Source: a virus. From it: a stretch of 64,000 nt of DNA. Shown one piece after another: positions 62,844-64,000 of the stretch. Below the pieces are notes generated by a model. The model saw nothing but the letters and a program-made list of their open reading frames with translations, was not told the origin of the DNA and made no database searches. Location of the stretch: the IMG/VR virus record IMGVR_UViG_3300045988_034366; one strand, written 5' to 3'. A program made the position numbers and the translations under genes. Every line of letters starts with the position of its first letter. Positions within the stretch are counted from its first letter, which is position 1.

Positions 62844-63218
62844 ATGAATGAAATCAAAGTAAGTGTAAGCATTGTACTTCGAGGAAGTATTCTGCTTACC
62901 CAAGAGGAGGCTGAAACTCTTGAGAAAGAACAGCCAAAGAGTGGTTTTGAGAAGCATACTCAAGTAGTAGAAAACCCAAATGGGAAAAACAAGCAGGTTA
63001 TACACTATCAGACTAGAAAGTGTAGAACTGCCAGTCAATCTGTGAAGATATGCAAGGAAGCATATTTTCATATGATTGACAAGTCTGCTTGCCCTGAATG
63101 GGAAAAGATGAGCAAGTGGGCTTCCAAGAGCAATAAGGAGAGACTTGAATCTCACTTGCAGAAACTTACTGAGCATCTTGGGGGAATTTCATTTACCTAT
63201 AAGGTGTTTGAAGACTAA
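62844..63218 (+). CDS. Early-region hypothetical protein (124 aa)
   Basis: ATG ORF followed by a terminator. Preferred over the antisense ORF 62835-63176. Confidence 0.55.
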   Translation: MNEIKVSVSIVLRGSILLTQEEAETLEKEQPKSGFEKHTQVVENPNGKNKQVIHYQTRKCRTASQSVKICKEAYFHMIDKSACPEWEKMSKWASKSNKERLESHLQKLTEHLGGISFTYKVFED

Positions 63219-63226
63219 GAAACCAC

Positions 63227-63268
63227 AGAGGAGGATGAAGCATAGTCTTTATCCTCCTTTCTTTTTGC
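63227..63268 (+). terminator. Intrinsic terminator
   Basis: 8-bp stem AGGAGGAT / ATCCTCCT followed by TTTCTTTTTG. Confidence 0.75.
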
Positions 63269-63301
63269 AACCTATTTAATTAGTAACTAAAATGCTTAGA
63301 T

Positions 63302-63478
63302 ATGTGTGGTATAATAGTATTAGGAATAATTATATTCTTCCTAATTATAAAGATACTACTTAGGTATAAACCAAGGTTTGACTTAGTAATATCTGGTAAC
63401 GGATTTATATTATTATTGTGGTATAATAAATATGATGATAACAATATAAAGAAAAGAGTTTACATAAAACTATTTTGA
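63302..63478 (+). CDS. Unlisted small TM protein (58 aa, MCGIIVLGIIIFFLIIKILL...)
   Basis: ATG ORF just below the ORF-track cutoff, with an N-terminal hydrophobic span. Confidence 0.35.
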   Translation: MCGIIVLGIIIFFLIIKILLRYKPRFDLVISGNGFILLLWYNKYDDNNIKKRVYIKLF

Positions 63479-63480
63479 CT

Positions 63481-64000
63481 ATGCTGGAATTTGAATTAAA
63501 GAGAAGCAAGAAAGGTAAGAGGTCAAGATGGGCTAAAAAGTACCCAAGGAAGAGAATATTAAAGAAAGGCAGTGAGAAAGCTGCTGGATGGTATTTTCAC
63601 AATTGGTATGATGATAATTATCATTATTTCCACGGAGATTTGCATAAATTCCTGTTGCAGAATGTAGGCAGACCAGTAGATAAGGTATTCTCTGAGTTCT
63701 TGCAAAGATGTAGAAAAGGGACTGAGAAGTATAACTTAAAAGAACAATTCTATGATATGTTTGAAGAAAAAGAGGACATAGACTATAGAGGAGGTTTCTA
63801 CTTGTCTAATGGTATTATCAATTACAAGAAGAGAAGCAAAAGACCTAAAGGTTCTTATGTCCCATCATCTCTTATATTATCACAATTCAATACTCAGAAT
63901 CTTCCGAGTAAAAGAAAGTTGTATAATATATGTGAGAGAGCCAAGGAGACACATAAGAAGCAACTTCTTGGTACATTCTACATCTCAACTGGTTTATACA
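63481..64000 (+). CDS. Hypothetical protein, N-terminal 173 aa (3' end outside the window)
   Basis: ATG at 63481 and no stop in frame to the window end. Basic N-terminus MLEFELKRSKKGKRSRWAKKYPRKR. Confidence 0.55.
   Translation, partial: MLEFELKRSKKGKRSRWAKKYPRKRILKKGSEKAAGWYFHNWYDDNYHYFHGDLHKFLLQNVGRPVDKVFSEFLQRCRKGTEKYNLKEQFYDMFEEKEDIDYRGGFYLSNGIINYKKRSKRPKGSYVPSSLILSQFNTQNLPSKRKLYNICERAKETHKKQLLGTFYISTGLY

Noticed and set aside
58397-63176. Minus-strand ORFs in the early region: 58397-58657, 59046-59252, 59784-60020, 62117-62326, 62354-62575, 62835-63176.
   Set aside because: Each is antisense to a plus-strand ORF that is framed by a motif or promoter upstream and an intrinsic terminator (hairpin plus T-run on the plus strand) downstream. 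None of them has a -7 box.
1-64000. Alternative genetic code or stop-codon reassignment (known in some crAss-like lineages) with a suppressor tRNA.
   Set aside because: All large genes, including ORFs of 1149-2391 aa, are uninterrupted in the standard code. None of the 27 tRNA-like genes has a CUA, UUA or UCA anticodon. The UAA anticodon at 53148-53233 is an ordinary Leu tRNA reading UUA.
1-64000. Lysogeny or mobile-element functions: integrase, recombinase, transposase, att-like repeats, reverse transcriptase/DGR.
   Set aside because: No ORF shows tyrosine/serine recombinase, DDE or RT (YxDD) motifs, and no template/variable repeat pair was seen. The only recombination-like motif is the PD-(D/E)XK domain in the giant virion protein.

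Overview
The window looks like a contiguous piece of a crAss-like (Crassvirales-type) podophage genome from a Bacteroidota host. It is AT-rich, almost fully coding, and has no rRNA, CRISPR array, integrase or transposase. All calls rest on reading the sequence and translations by eye, with no database search or folding program. tRNA ends may be off by 1-2 nt and protein functions are motif-level inferences.

Layout:
- **1-7975 (+):** the 3' part of a giant virion-type two-barrel RNA polymerase gene (DFDID catalytic loop), followed by a 1480-aa giant ORF. This unit converges on a bidirectional terminator at about 8000.
- **8035-52972 (-):** a long leftward late block. It holds terminase, portal, a virion-anchored metallophosphoesterase, a lysis-like cassette and an HTH plus HExxH pair. 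It continues with scaffold, major capsid protein, capsid and neck proteins, Thr/Ser-linker surface proteins and a three-domain glycosyltransferase. It ends with an NlpC/P60 peptidase, tail proteins and giant ejected proteins, one of which carries a PD-(D/E)XK nuclease domain.
- **52987-56389 (-):** a 24-gene tRNA array interrupted by a Dps/ferritin-like gene and a small membrane-protein gene.
- **58210-58418:** a divergent control region.
- **58419-64000 (+):** small, early-looking genes organised as motif-gene-terminator units, plus three more tRNAs.

Leftward units carry Bacteroidota-type -7 boxes (TAnnTTTG, here TAyCTTTGCA). Rightward units carry a different repeated motif (CATCACTCCTCC).

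Most interesting hypotheses:
- A mucin-like virion O-glycosylation system, formed by the triple glycosyltransferase and the adjacent poly-Thr-linker proteins.
- The CATCACTCCTCC motif as a phage-specific early promoter.
- An aberrant D-arm-less tRNA-like gene.
- Auxiliary enzymes: a PI-PLC-like protein, a Dps-like protein and a virion-anchored metallophosphoesterase.
- A long structured leader RNA.
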